A stretch of DNA of 64,000 nt from Tubulanus polymorphus. Lineage: Eukaryota; Animalia; Nemertea. Every line of letters starts with the position of its first letter. Position 1 is the first letter of the stretch. Of this stretch, positions 11,372 through 24,965 are shown piece by piece. The stretch is taken from assembly GCF_964204645.1 (NCBI RefSeq), contig NC_134026.1:11307950-11371949 (forward strand). Direction: 5' to 3'. The translations under genes and the position numbers were made by a program. The notes under the pieces were generated by a model. That model did no database searches, had not been told where the DNA came from, and saw only the letters and a list, made by a program, of their open reading frames with translations.

Positions 11372-12623
11372 ATGATTAATTCACCGATGTATATTAATCA
11401 ATTACACTACAATCTTTTTTAAATACCCTCTGTGGCTTTGTATCAAACCATTAAAAATTATTTCTTAAGTAATGGCTCATGGTACCTTAGCCAACACTTG
11501 GCCTGTAATCAGTAATGTAACATTACAAGGATTTCTTGTAGATTTACAGAGAATAACAGCATAAACTGTAATTGTCAAATACTATTTTGTAAATTGACAG
11601 CGTGATTGTAAATTTTACATAAATTATGTACATTACAAGATATCTTGTTACAATTTTGCTGTAAAATTGCAGTTATTTTTAACAGTGCATGGCAAGGGAT
11701 ATGAATTTTTTCCAGACCCCAAACTAGGTGCTTTGCAGCTTGTCTTCGTAAATGTTATGATAAATTCAGGTAAAAAATTCTTCGAGGAATTTTCGTTGTA
11801 AAGATGAAGGTCGAATTCCAGACTTGAAAATATCGTCATATCCAGGAAGTTGCACGGAGTCCGGATGCGGTTTAATAAAAAAAATACTGATCGTCCCTGA
11901 ATGTAAATTCACCCGAATCCTCGTTCGGTCTGCTGCTGTAGTTCCCCTATAAAAGATAAAATGTCAATTACTTATTGATGGTATCGCAGCGTTAAATAAA
12001 ATGACAGCCCAAAATAACAGCATGGCGAAGCTGTTAAATGTTTGACTGTAGTGAATTTCAACCACAATAATAACCTTTAATTTGGTCTTCTAGACAACTT
12101 TTCACAACTCTGTGAATGTAGCGTACAGACGTGGCAGGTCCTTGTGACGAATGTCTTGATATTTTCTGTTGAAATGATGACACTGGGCAAGTTCAGTTAT
12201 CATTGTCGAAGATGTTTAATAATTTGTGTGGGCAATGGACTTTCTAAGGCCCCGGTGACTAGTAAATTGTTTCTAAATATAAGCGCCACTGCATTTTGCT
12301 GACGGCATCGCCGTATCAGCCCGGCTGCCCTCATTGATAATAATAGGTTACATATTTTATTAAACAAAGAAGGAATTTGATTTGGGGAAATACATTCCTC
12401 GAGAAATATAGCTTTCCGCGGCTTGCATTTGCTGGAGTGGAATTACATCAGAAATGGATAATATATTGTCGGATTTCTTTATGTTGTGTATCATCGCCTT
12501 ACCAAAAGTATGCAGTTACGCAGCGATCACGATAGGTAGAACACAATATCCGTGTTGACGCGATGAGGAGAGAATCCCACAATGATAATAAAAAGTCCGA
12601 AAATGAAACTTCGAGATAGTAGT

Positions 12624-12670
12624 TTATTTCAACGTTTCGACTATATCCTAATAGTCATCTTCAGGAATAA
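12624..12670 (-). ncRNA. Minimal hammerhead ribozyme in PLE pLTR
   Basis: Same intact CTGAAGA...GAAAcgtt core as 833-879. Confidence 0.8.
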
Positions 12671-12983
12671 TGAGATACTACAGAAATTATGAGATATATA
12701 TACAATCCAGAGACAAAGTGACTAATTCAAGTAATCAGAGATGATACAAACTTACTAAAGGAAAATTAACGTAGAAACAGTTACACGCTAAAATAGATTA
12801 AAGGGAAGCAAACTAAGGGGTGATTATAAACAACAATAGTGAGTATAAATATAAATTAAACTTAAAGTCAGTAGTAAAAAGAAAGACAAACTAGGGGGCA
12901 CTTAAATTAAAACAAAGGTGAATACAAGTTAAGTCAGAGACGAAATTGATGAGAGAACAAATAACAAATAATCAAAGGGGAAA

Positions 12984-14660
12984 TCAAGTGTTGAGTTTAA
13001 CCAGTTTACAGAGGAATTTTGATATAAGTTTATTATGGGGTGAAAAACCATTGTTAAGGTTTACAACGTTGTTCGAATTTTCAATAATTAATGCAGATTC
13101 CAAAATATGTCTTCTAGTTTTATCGCTGCAAGGGTAAATTAATTCAGCATTAGCAAAATCAAAATTGTGTGAAGTCTGAAAAACATCGCTCTCAGCAACT
13201 CCGCTTTCAGGTTTAAAGTTTTTTACATCTAATTTATGCTCTTTTATGCGTTGATTAAGATTCCGACCTGTTTCTCCTATATATACTTTGTCGCAAACTT
13301 TACAAGGTATTTTATAAATTCAACAGTTTAGGGATTCGGTTTTCGGTTTGTTGTTAATCAATATGTTACTAAGTTTATTATTGTATTTAAAGATAAGTTG
13401 TTTATTTAGTGACCGAAGAGAAACTTTAGAATTCTCGAGGAAAGGTACATACGGTACAATGATAGGCTGTTTATCGGTAGCCAACGTAGGAGTTCTAAGG
13501 TTGTTATTTCTAAAATGCGTAGTACGAGCTTTAAGTAGAGCTTTTTTCAATAGGAAATCGGGGTAGGCAAGTTTTTTGAGAGATTGGTAAATATGGTGAA
13601 TTTCATCGGGTAGAAATGAGGGGTCGCAAATTCTCAAAGCGCGAAGAAATAATCCTTGAGCTAAACCGAGTTTAATATCCGGAGAAGTAAAAGAGAAGTA
13701 ATGGAGGTAGGATTCAGCGTTGGTAGGTTTCCTATAAACCGCGAATTTCAAAAAGGATCCACAGTTAAAAATCAAAACATCCAGAAAAGGTATTTTACTA
13801 TTAGATTCCCATTCATACGTAAAAGCCAGAGACGGGTAAAGGGAGTTTAAATATATAAGAAAGTTATCAACATTGAAGTCAAAGGGAACCAAAGCCAGAA
13901 CATCGTCAACATATCTGAGCCAGATTTTAGGGTGAATATCAGTGTAAAGTCGCAATATTTCAGATTCAACATGTTCTAGGAATAAATTAGCTAGAATAGG
14001 ACTAAGAGGATTTCCCATAGCGATACCGAATGTCTGTTCGTAAAAACAATTGTTGAATTCAAAAAAGGAGTCCGTCGTACAAATAGAGATAAGGTCGATG
14101 ATACAATCCGTAGGAATGCCGAAGTTAATGTTAAGTGGTGGTAATCTGCGTTTTAAGAAATCAAGAGTAGGTCCAAGAGGAACATTGGTAAAAAGGGAAG
14201 TAACATCAAATGATATAAATTTGTCGTTGCCAGGGATAATATTCTTAATACGTTCAAGTAAGTGTTGATTATGGCGAAGGTGCGACGGAGAGAACGAACC
14301 GAGCACCGGAGATAACTGTTTCGCGAGAAATTTAGATAACCGGTATGTAGGAGAATTACAATTGGAGACTATAGGGCGCAGTGGAACATTATCTTTATGA
14401 ATTTTAGGCAATCCATAGATATATGGTAAAGAGGGAAGACGTGAATGGAACTTATTCAGAGTTTCTTTAGCGGAGGGGAAACGTTTAATAATATCCGAAA
14501 GACTTCTGTTGAAATTAGCTTGCATACGAGGAAGAGGATTCGATTTAAGTTTCTTATAAACACCAGGATTATCCAAGAGAGATTGCATTTTAACATTATA
14601 ATTATCCAGATCTAAAATCACAATCTTGCCACCTTTATCAGCCTTAGATATTTTAATAGT
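12984..14660 (-). pseudogene. PLE reverse transcriptase fused to GIY-YIG endonuclease; one in-frame stop
   Basis: KADKG, YGLPKIHK...PLRPIVS, SFDVTSLFTNVP, GIAMGNPLSP, RYVDD; the frame continues past TGA (13320-13322) as IYKIPCKVCDKVYIGETGRNLNQRIKEH. Confidence 0.9.
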
Positions 14661-14811
14661 CTTTACGCAGCGAGCCGTAATTCCCCAACGAGCCGTCCAT
14701 TGACGATGACATGTGTACGTCACCGTTCTGTTTTTTGTTTTCTTCTGAAATATGACAATAAACGTAATTATTTATGCATAGCATTACGACTATAAAGACC
14801 ATTACAGGTAT

Positions 14812-15195
14812 CAAGGGGTCCAGGGACACCATGCCCACTTGGGAAGTGGTTTCAAATGCTCATCATTGTTACATTTTCAATATTCAACGCACCCTGGTGA
14901 GTATACAAAAAAACAAATACCTTGAAACTCACCACAAATATAGAACATTTTATGAGCTACAACATTGCAGTGAATTGTGGAAAAAATATGCCTAGGTACC
15001 AATATAATATATAAATACTAAGTTAGTCTACTATTTTACTATTCAAAGCCCCCTTGTGACCATACACAAAAACCAATTTACAAATTTACAAACAAGCGCT
15101 ACAAATTTGCAATTGATCGTGGTAAATATGCATAGATACCAATATAATATGGAGAACTAATTTGTCGTACTTTTCAACGCTCCCTGCAGACCATA
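14812..15195 (-). mobile_element. Partial HINE/DINE-like Helentron repeat
   Basis: ggggtccagggacaccatgcccacttgggaagtgg plus 2-3 internal subrepeats, as in 30661-31917. Confidence 0.75.
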
Positions 15196-15423
15196 GAGGC
15201 CCACGGGCATTATACCTTCATGACGCAATAGAAGAAATATAGCTGCATAGCAGCGATAACGGGTTTCTGCCTAATTGGTTCTTATGTCGAACTGGGAAGC
15301 GTACGAAGATTCGAAGATTTCATCGAAATAATTCTAGCCCATAACATATGACTATTGCCAAGAAGCGCAACCTGGGTCAACATTATGCTGGATATGTGGA
15401 TATTAGGTGTCCATTTTTCAAAG

Positions 15424-16145
15424 CATCGAAGCAATACAGTCCAACTTGTTTATGTCTCAGATGGAGCGCGCGCGGCAGGGCCGTCATTATATTGCTGACT
15501 CATCCAAATTACACTTACACAGCACAAGGTTTTTCAGTGTGTAAACTCCGTCGAATTCGGCATTATAGGACAGTGAGGAATTGAATTTTAGCCACCTGAG
15601 CCTTTGGCTTGATTCGAGCAAAAGACCTTAAATGACTTCACAGAATTTGATTATGAGTCTAGGATTTTCTAAATATTTGAAGAATGCTTTCTCTGGTTTT
15701 GAGATCATTTAAAATTCACTCCTGAATACATTAGTAAAAAATTAGTCAAATGGATTCTTATTTTATTGAAAGAAATTCTACTGAACACAGATTTTGAAAT
15801 GAATTATGGGTCGATTGATTCAGACGAAATAATTACAGCTAAATCAACTGACGATCAACAAGGTGGAGTTTTCATTCATCTTCGGATAATCTGTCTACCC
15901 CTGATGATACAAGCATTTTGGCGACATCTTTTGAAACCTCAACGCTTTATCTGCGTGCGTCAATTAGTCAGCCACAGTCGATTTTCATGCCATCTGACCT
16001 CTTTCCACCTGTAATGAAGCAATCTAATGTAAGAAGTACTCAGTTATGTAATATAATAGAGGAGTGAAAGAGAGTATAATAAATATTTAAATCGTGCGTT
16101 TGTCATGAAACATCTATTACTACTGTCTCGCAGAGCATAGACACC
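15424..16145 (+). repeat. Unclassified dispersed repeat, copy 1
   Basis: Colinear similarity with 25591-26261 from catcgaagcaatacagtc to gagcatagacacc. Confidence 0.8.
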
Positions 16146-16990
16146 CACCGTTAAGCCTTAAATGCAAATTCAGGTGCAAATTGTAAAACTAACAATAAAA
16201 GGTTGATATCAGAAGCAATATAATAGGGGTGGGTTCAGGGAAACCATGTCCAAGTGATAAAAACATTCAGTAATTATCTATTTTCAAATTAGACTGCAGC
16301 GCGTTTGAGGAAGTAAATCTTGAATATATGCAATTGCTTTTCTATAGATTAAGGAAGCTAAAATTCCATGCACCATTTGGTTAAAGTGATCATGACCCAA
16401 TATATGATTTAAAAAGCGAGTGCAGGAAGAAAATTAACAATAAACTATGCCAGGAAATTCAAACAAGAATTAGACATATAAATATGGATAACTAAACGAA
16501 CAATAAATGATGTTTTTCGGATTTCTAAATCAGATTTATAGTCCAAGGCATCAGGTTTACTGTTTACACAAAAGACACATAAATGCATAAAATCTTGACA
16601 CCTTTACAAGGAATGATATTCCTTCATTACCTTGATAGGAGAAACTGTATTGTGAAACTGTATCTAAATGTACAAATTTTCCAAACTCTTCATGAAATAT
16701 AACTACTGGTATATTCTTATATCGGTAACTCCATTTTTTCTTTTATCATTATTAGACAGATTTGATGCATTTTAGAAGTGACGCCCTATTAAGTGCACAT
16801 CCATTACGTACATGTAAACACAACAAAGAAGATAGAAGATTGATAGCGGTTGATGGACTACCGTGCAGATCAGTTTTTGAGTGATGATAGATAACAAATT
16901 ATAACATGATACATTTCATACCACACACTTTTACCTTAAAAATCACCAAATCTGGAATTGATTGAAAATATTAATTATCCTAACTAAGAG

Positions 16991-19676
16991 TTATAGCAAA
17001 TTTTGTAGCCTGAAACATACAAGAAATATATAGACGATTTATATATGAGGCTTTGAACTTACTCATTGTATCTGTCTGGAAGGAAATGGTTCACCAGAAT
17101 ACAGATCATATCCGTAATTTTTTTATCTTTATGCTTTTGGAGGTATGAATATTTAAATATCTTATTCTGCCTTTCAATCCCATTGTTAGTGTTGACACTG
17201 GCCAGAAATCGATCTTGGCGAAAAGCATCTACCCACCTCTGTAATTTGTAGAGAATAAACATTAAACTAGGGGGCTCAGGAACATCATGCCCACTTGGGG
17301 AGTGGTTTGAAATGCTAAAAAATCTGACAATTTCAATATTCAACACCCCATGGTGACCGTACCATGGTGACCATACACTAAAACAAATGACCTTGAACTC
17401 ACCAAAATCATAGAAAATGTCATGAGCTATAATTCTGCAATTGATTTTGGCGAACAACAATGGCTACCAGTCGGCCACCTTGGTTCTGACCGGGCCAGTT
17501 TTTTGGGCTGAACATGTGTCTAGGGTTGTTACACGTGTAACCAAAATATCAAGACAATCCATTGAAGTGTCCTCAAAACTTCCCAAAATAACTGGATTCC
17601 GGCTACGGACAAAAGGTGGATGTAAAGCGAACGCAATAGGCCACTGGGACATAAGTCCCAAATGTACTAAAAATTAGTACATGTAAAAGTTTTTTCTATA
17701 TAGTCGATAAATCCAAGAATGTACCTTCGCGTGTTTTAACCAGTACGTTTGAAAGTATTTCTGCAGTTTGGAGTTCTTGTTCCAAACTTCACTCTCTTTG
17801 AATTCTGCAAGGCGTTTTTCATATGTTTCCACATCAATAGAACAAGCAATTCTCCGCATAAAAGCTAAAACAGTAGCCTTATTTTCGGTCACCATATTTT
17901 CCTTCTTCGACGTCCACCTTTCCCACGCTTGCTCGCGATGGAAATCGCATATAAAAACCATACATCCTAAGTGAATACATCAGTAAAAGTAATATAAGCA
18001 TAATAAAAAATAAACATGTGGGTGCAGTACATGAGTGGAAATCAGAACGACATCTTACCGGGAAAAACTTCTTCAACTGCCTGTATTTCCTCTTCACAGT
18101 AATCCGACATGAAGTATGTGGGTGAAAAAGAAGGATTCCACTCTTTCAACATTTTGAGAGCATTAATGATGCTCTCTTTGCTTTCATTTTCAGTAATGAA
18201 TGTTCCGACAACGATGTAGTTGACATTGGTTTTTACCACCAAGAAGAATAGTGGCAAAGCATACTTTGTGGTGCGATATGTCGCATCGAGCAACACAAGC
18301 TCATTTCCATATCTTAGTAGTAGGCGTTTTTGCCACGCTGTTTGGTGTACAAAAAGAAATGGAATATGTTCACCATCATCGTTGGAAGAAGCCATTTGTA
18401 GAAAAAGGTTGTCGTCAGAATTCTTTTCCCATTCACTTAATTTTAATTTGAGGTTTTCCTGGTCGAGTTTTGACAACCTATAATCTGTTCGGAATTTATT
18501 TACATGGGTGCGGATTTGCTGTAATGTAGGGAAAAAACGTCGATTTGTCTTCTCGGGTGGCTTTTGTCCAGCAAACAACACTTGATTAACTAGAAAACGT
18601 AAATGGCGCTTGACCTCATTACTATCCGTTATACCTTCTTCTACGAGCTCGCGTATATTACTCACAAGACGTTTGTCAATTACCTGGGCCATGCCTCCAC
18701 TCTGAAGATGAATAAACAATGGATAACGGATGTATGTCACATACCTCATTGTAGGGAACCACAAAAGCAAAATATGAAATTCATATACAGTACCACATAC
18801 CTCGCCAGTGACATGGTTTTTGTGTTCATCATCCTTAGGAAATCTTACATATATCCTACGTTCAGGGTTTCTTATCAACCCATTGGCTCTTAACTTTGCA
18901 GACCGCGTCACCATTTTAGATTTTGTGCATTTACCATCAATCTAGAATTGAGAAAAGAGAATTGATTAGGAAAGGCTGTACTAGTAGTAATGTAATCCAT
19001 GAAAATCAGACTCACGATACCTCATAACCAGGAAATTTAATTATTTCTCTGAGATGTATTTGAGCAGGACACCCGAGTTTCTTAGTATTCTGGATATGCA
19101 TTTTTCTTTTTACAAATGCATGATCTGACTTCAAAGCATGCTGAAATGAAACAAATGACACTAAAATAGGCGACCAAAATTTATCAATTAACAACTATGG
19201 ACTAAACTCACTTCTTGATTTTCATGATATCTCTGTTTAAAGGATACTTTCATATCTTTGCCATGTTGACAATCCATGAGTAATGTCCCACCAACAATAA
19301 ATGGTGTTCCATCATATTCAAGGCCAAGGGGCAATTTGCCATTCATAGAATCCTGCCAGAGTATCTTATGGTTTCCTGCGCTTGGATCTACAATACAGGA
19401 TCCCAAGAGATTTAGCAGTTTAGGTGCATGTGACAAAAATAGGCTGACTTACTTTTTCGCTGTAGTCCGTTGTACTTGTAGTTGTACTGTAGTAGGCCTA
19501 TGGCTATAAAACAGTTAAAAACCACGGTCCACGATGATACACGTACCTGTTCGACCAAAATTTGCTGTCTGCCTGACTTTGCAAAACTTTGTTAAGCTTT
19601 GTATCTCATATTCGCTGATAACATCAAGTACTCTTTCGAGAGATTTATAGTATCCGAAACGTTCGACATTCGACAT
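16991..19676 (-). CDS. Spliced MULE-type DDE transposase gene with N-terminal CaRF/ALS2CR8-like domain (~8 exons)
   Basis: Exon pieces DCQHGKD, TKKLGCPAQIHLREIIKFPGY (CaRF-like), LDATYRTTKYALPLFFLVVKTN, FMSDYCEEE, CDFHREQAW, NTNNGIERQN; GT-AG boundaries; element ends not confidently located; last exon uncertain. Confidence 0.8.
17264..17673 (-). mobile_element. Short complete HINE/DINE-like element inside a MULE gene intron
   Basis: Both termini of the 30661-31917 family are present (aaactagggg...gcccacttggg; gggacataagtcccaaatgtactaaaaa). Confidence 0.8.
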
Positions 19677-20932
19677 CGTTACAACCGCGAACTGAACTTT
19701 ACTTCCGCGTACGTCACGGTTTGTTTACTTCCGGTATATTCAGAACATGCGCAGTGCGAACCTAACTGTGGCCGGTAGAAAAAATCGCTTACCAAGATTT
19801 AAAGATTTCTTGTCGCAAATCTCAATGTTCAGTGAAATGGCGGTGCGCAGTGGGAGACCCCTTTTGCGCGTAATCTCAAACTCAAGCGGGCACAGATCAG
19901 TCGTCAGGAATGATATTCGAAACATTTTAACGCAGGCTTAAACTGCAAATAACCCTATTTAACCTCTGTGAAAATTGGAAATATAGTTTTAAGAGATACT
20001 TAGATATTTTAAAATTAATAATATTGCGATTTCTTTTACGCACGGTTAAGATATGCGGTCCTTGGTTTCACATCGTCACTGTTCTCAATTGTTGCGTTCA
20101 AAAATTCCAAGAAACGCCAGCAAATATCTGCATTTCATTTCCTTTAAAATGGTGTATAAATTAATTTCATCGAGCAAGGGGCTGCAGAACTATATGATAT
20201 TCAATCTAAACTTATGTTTTAGAAATGAGCGCAAATCATCGAAACAATGGGGACCCTGAGGGACCGCCACAAAATGGCGCCTAGAAACTGGAAACGTCTT
20301 TATTATCAACGTGCATCTGAATATGTAATAGTCCTTGGTAACTTTCCGTTGCAGAGGGCATAGAAAAGATTTTGAAATTATTTAACTAAAATATTAATTT
20401 TATTTATGAAAAATAAACTATTATGGTCAGTACAAATTGTAAATGCCTAGTGTATTTTTAAGAACAAGCTTACATATCTTACAGAATACATCACATACAT
20501 CTGAATTTTATAAGTGATGGGTAAAAATCAACGTGTGACAGAAAAAAATGTAGTTAATTATGTAACAATATCGAAATATGTGCTCTCTTCTTAACAAATG
20601 GAGTGATACTCAATTAATCACATGGTCTGTATTAATAGATAGAACATACAAGTTGGATATTTATAAGTCGAAACATGTGAACAGATACCAAACATGAATA
20701 AACTTGTTTTACAAAACAAGAAAGTACATTTTGAACTTTTGAATGGTCGAATCCCATTTATTCACAGTAACCTGTGATTTGGGGATTTTCGGAGCCATCC
20801 TTCTTGATGACGTCACTAACAAGTGGTCACGGCCGTACGCGTGCACTCATTTCTTTGAAAATCTAGCGAGCGGTGCCCGCACGCTTATCCGCGGAGCGGG
20901 ACCACGTGACTATATATATATATATACAAACG

Positions 20933-23238
20933 AACTAAGCGCGCTGATCATCACGAACGTTACAAGAAATATCGCAACAGGTTGAATCGATTGCTTAAAG
21001 CTGCGCAGAAACAGCACTTCGCACGAGCATTAATTGTTGCGAAACATGACCTGAAAAAAACTTGGTCGATTCTAAACCAAGTTATCGGTAGCCCTAAAGA
21101 TAGAAATATATGCCCACAATTTAGAGACATAAATGGTGTAGACCTTGACCCTTCAGATGTAGCCAATTAATTCAATACTTTCTTTATTAACGTTGGTAGA
21201 AACTTAGCGGACAAAATTCCAACAACGGAAATCTCTCCCCTATCATACCTCCAACCCGATTCTTCAAATAACCTGTTCCTAGACCCAATTATTCAGGACA
21301 TTTTATATATTGTCAATAATTTGGATGCTAGTAAAGGTACTGGGCCTGAAGATATAAAACCTAAAATTGCTAAGTCTGCCATCTCTGAAATAATGGAACC
21401 ATTACTATACATCTTCAATAAGTCATATTCAACGGGGATAGTTCCCGACGCTCTTAAGATCGCCAAAGTTACCCCAATTCATAAAGGCGGTGATAAAAAT
21501 GAAATCACTAACTACAGACCTATATCAGTCCTTTCGTTCTTTTCTAAAATCCTAGAAAAAATTACCTACGCCCGTATAATATCCTTTGTTGATGATCATC
21601 ATATCCTTAACCCTCATCAATATGGCTTTAGGAAAAATTTATCTACGGAACTTGCACTGCTTGACTTTACAGATCATATCTCGAAACTGGTTGAAAATGG
21701 CCAATTCTCAATAAGTATTTTCATTGATTTATCGAAAGCTTTCGATACAATCGACCACTCAATTTTGATCCAAAAACTACACAGATTAGGCATAAGAGGC
21801 TTACCGAATGATTGGATTTAAAGTTATTTATCAAATCGTAAACAATATGTAGACTACAACAAATCTCCTTCCAGTTATCAGTCCATCTCGCACAGTGTCC
21901 CACAAGGTTCTATTCTTGGACCATTACTTTTTCTTTTGTATGTAAATGACATAATACATGTTTCTAAGTTATTCAAGTTTATACTGTTAACTGACGACAC
22001 GACCATTTCTTGTAACAACAAAGATCCTATAGAATTAATTCGTGCCGTAAACCGCGAACTGATAAAACTATCTACGTGGTTTAGAGCAAACAAACTCTCG
22101 TTGAATGTAAAGAAAACAAGCTACATGAAGTTTGGCAATTTTAGATTACCAGACAATACAGAAATCAGTATAGACAATCAACCTGTTGCTCATTCGTGCA
22201 CCAACAAATTTCTTGGTATGATTTTTGATGAAAACCTAAACTGGTCATCACATACTGCCTATACATCTGCCAAAGTTTCACGTGCTATTGGTTTATTGTT
22301 CAAAGCCCACAAATGTCTACCCCAGCCCATTTTGCCCACACTTTATAATTCCTTAGTTTTACCATATTTCCAATACTGCAACATTGTCTGGGGACGTACA
22401 TATCCAATCCGTCTACATCATCTTAGCATTCTACAGAAACGGGCTTTACGACTTGTATATAATGTACCTTACCTAGCACATTCGAGTCCACTCTTCAAAC
22501 TAGGCAATCACCTTAAATTAACTGACATCAATAAGCTCCAAACAGCAAGCTTCATTTTCAAGCTGACGTGCAACAAGGTACCTAATACCCTACGACATAT
22601 TCTTTCATATAGGTCTGGTCAGCAACATCATATTCTACGAAATGCCAATAATTTAAATATACCGCAACATCGCACCACTAAACGCTCGTTCTCTATTAGT
22701 ATAGCAGGCCCAAAGCTCTGGAATTCTTTACCAATCAACATCCGAAATAGTTCATCTCTTTATAGTTTCAAGCACAATCTCACGAAGCAACTCATTAATT
22801 AACCTATTAATCAACATCTAAAATCTTGAGCAAACCAAAATACTATAAATGTGTAGAAATTTATTTTATGCAGAAATGCTTATCTTTTTAGGGATCTTAT
22901 CTCATTCGTCGAAATGGGAGGACTTTTCTATTCTTCTTAAATTATCCCGTTAATCAATAACAGTCTACCATCAATTAATCCCATGACTAGTTTATGCTAT
23001 AACATAGAATCTTGCATCCTTCTCATTATCCAAATAGTATCATTTCATCATTCTCAATCGTTCCTTCTTTTCATAATTGCATTTTTTTGTTATTTGCTCC
23101 AGGGCCTCGGCTTGACAAGCACTTAATGATTTCCGAGGTCCTGATGATTTTCATGCATTATACATAAACATTTTGTAACAATTATGTAATTATATTTGTA
23201 TCATGATAATCTTCAAATAAATCAAATCAAATCAATAT
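20933..23238 (+). mobile_element. 5'-truncated CR1/L2-type LINE, RT disrupted, (ATCAA)n tail
   Basis: NYRPISVL, QYGFR, FIDLSKAFDTIDH, VPQGSILGPLLF, LTDDT, KFLG, GPKLWNSLP; aataaatcaaatcaaatcaa tail at ~23216-23235. Confidence 0.9.
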
Positions 23239-23624
23239 CAAACGCTGCGCCCCGCCCCCTTCGCGCTGAGAACTCGTGTTTACGGGCCTTAAACACTAGC
23301 ACTGAGTGTTGCTTATTCTCAGACCTTATAGAAATATCTTATTCACAGTCAGCAGAGACAGGTTCTAAAGATCATAGAGTGCATCCTCGCTTGCTAGGGG
23401 TCCAGTATCACTCCCGAACTCGCTTCCACCAGCCCCCTGGCCTCACGAAGCGTGATTTCATTACTGGCGCTGTTGCGCATGACGTCATATATCGATTTGC
23501 AAAATACTTCCTTGTTCGATAAAACGTTCGCTGATTGGTCCATTTAACGGGAAACCCAACAAAAGTCTACTGTCGGTTCGTTACAAGCGCTGTGATTGGT
23601 ACGACCGGATTCTGGTCGGCTAGT

Positions 23625-23700
23625 AACGACTCCAACGACTCGTGAGGTCAAGGCGTTCGGGGAACAGCTTTAGCGTAGTGGGTTCGAATCCCTTGACGGG
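23625..23700 (+). other. tRNA-derived SINE-head-like sequence
   Basis: B-box GGTTCGAATCC at ~23681 with T-arm-like flanks (gggttcgaatccc); no complete cloverleaf. Confidence 0.35.
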
Positions 23701-24419
23701 TGAAGATGCATAGAGTGCATCGCTGGAGGGTTTCCGATCCATATAATTGAATTTGAATTGGTGCGGTGGCGCTCTCAATACTGAAGTTTTTGTCATTCCG
23801 AATTTTTCAGTCGGCGACGGACGTTTATCGTTGTAAGTGATGTAATATGTAAAAGTTTTCAGGGAAACCTATCTCAATTTGTTTTTAGCGATGCAGCGGA
23901 ACTAATAAGGAACATTTTGATATATAACATGACCATAGTACACTATCCCTGATGGAATAATAAGCTGCACTCGACAAACTCGTTCCCGTGCATTTTTATC
24001 TCTGTTTCAGCACACGGCCCCTCTACCATCAATCCCTAACCCCTGTTCGACGAACTTTGGGCGTTTTCCTTTGAAATATAAGCCTAATTGTAAAAGAAAA
24101 GCATTAATCTAAGTTAATGCTGCATCTTTATCATGAAACCTAAGAAAGATTATTCTATTATTTAGGCCTATTCAAATTTTCTGTCCACTACCACGTGAAA
24201 AAAAGACCCAGTCAAAATTGTGCATCACGCTTTGACGAAGAAATTTGTTCTAGGCTATAAATTTTACTACTCAAACGAATCTTTTTCTAAAAAAGCCGTT
24301 TTTAGTTTGATGCAAAATGTCAAATTCAATTTTTTTCTGAACCATTATGCCCCTTTCATCATAACATTATTTATCCTATTTCAAGATCTTAGGCCTACAA
24401 GTAGAGAGAGGGCCTACGT

Positions 24420-24965
24420 TGGGTTCAAATCGAAATTTTTTTAAAGATTTATTTTATTTAATTCCAGGTTTTCACTGTAGATCATTAAAGACATGTGGCG
24501 TTCTGGGAGTTCATAGTTGTTTGATAATCCATCATTTGTAAGTGTAAGGCTATTTGAGGGATTCGAAACCGACATTTTTTAAGTTTTGTAGCTTTATTAT
24601 GTTTAATTCCAGATGTTTATCATGACACGGTTCATTTTGGGGGTTTGCCAGCGTGTTGGTATGCTGTCGGTAGAAGTAGTTTGATAATTCGTTTCATGTA
24701 AGTAAACAGCTTTTTGAAGGATTCGAAACCAAAATCAATATTGTGAATTTTTTAGTTGTATTTTTTTTTAATTCTAGGTGTTTATCAAGAATAGGACATG
24801 ATTCATTTTGGGAGTTTGTCTGCGAGTTTGTATACTGTCAAATGAAGTTTCTTCGTCAATTTGTCGTATGTAAGTATCAATCTATAGGTTACATATTAGG
24901 GGTTCGATACAGAAATTTGGTGAATTCCTCGGATTTATTTTAATTTATTCCAGGGTGTTATCAGA
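24420..24965. repeat. Degenerate ~140-180-bp tandem repeat, about 4 units
   Basis: Recurring gg(g/a)ttcgaaacc...ttaattccag...tttatca...ttcattttggg. Confidence 0.6.

Larger units (their letters stand above)
2915..11687 (-). mobile_element. Full-length animal EnSpm/CACTA (CMC) DNA transposon, ~8.8 kb
   Basis: Left end CACTGTTAGAAAAAA (2915), right end TTATTTTTAACAGTG (11687); CA on both flanks (2-bp TSD); subterminal TTGTAAATTTAC/TTACAAG repeats at both ends; encodes a transposase and a second gene. Confidence 0.9.
12527..14662 (-). mobile_element. 5'-truncated Penelope-like retroelement with 3' pLTR
   Basis: RT plus GIY-YIG reading frame, then a pLTR with hammerhead; candidate 11-bp TSD TTACGCAGCGA at 12516-12526 and 14663-14673. 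Confidence 0.9.

Noticed and set aside
17241-17460. N-terminal part of the 133-aa ORF as transposase sequence
   Set aside because: It reads through intron and HINE sequence; the real exon starts at RWVDAFR
23625-23700. tRNA gene
   Set aside because: Only the T-arm/B-box is recognisable; no acceptor or anticodon stems could be formed
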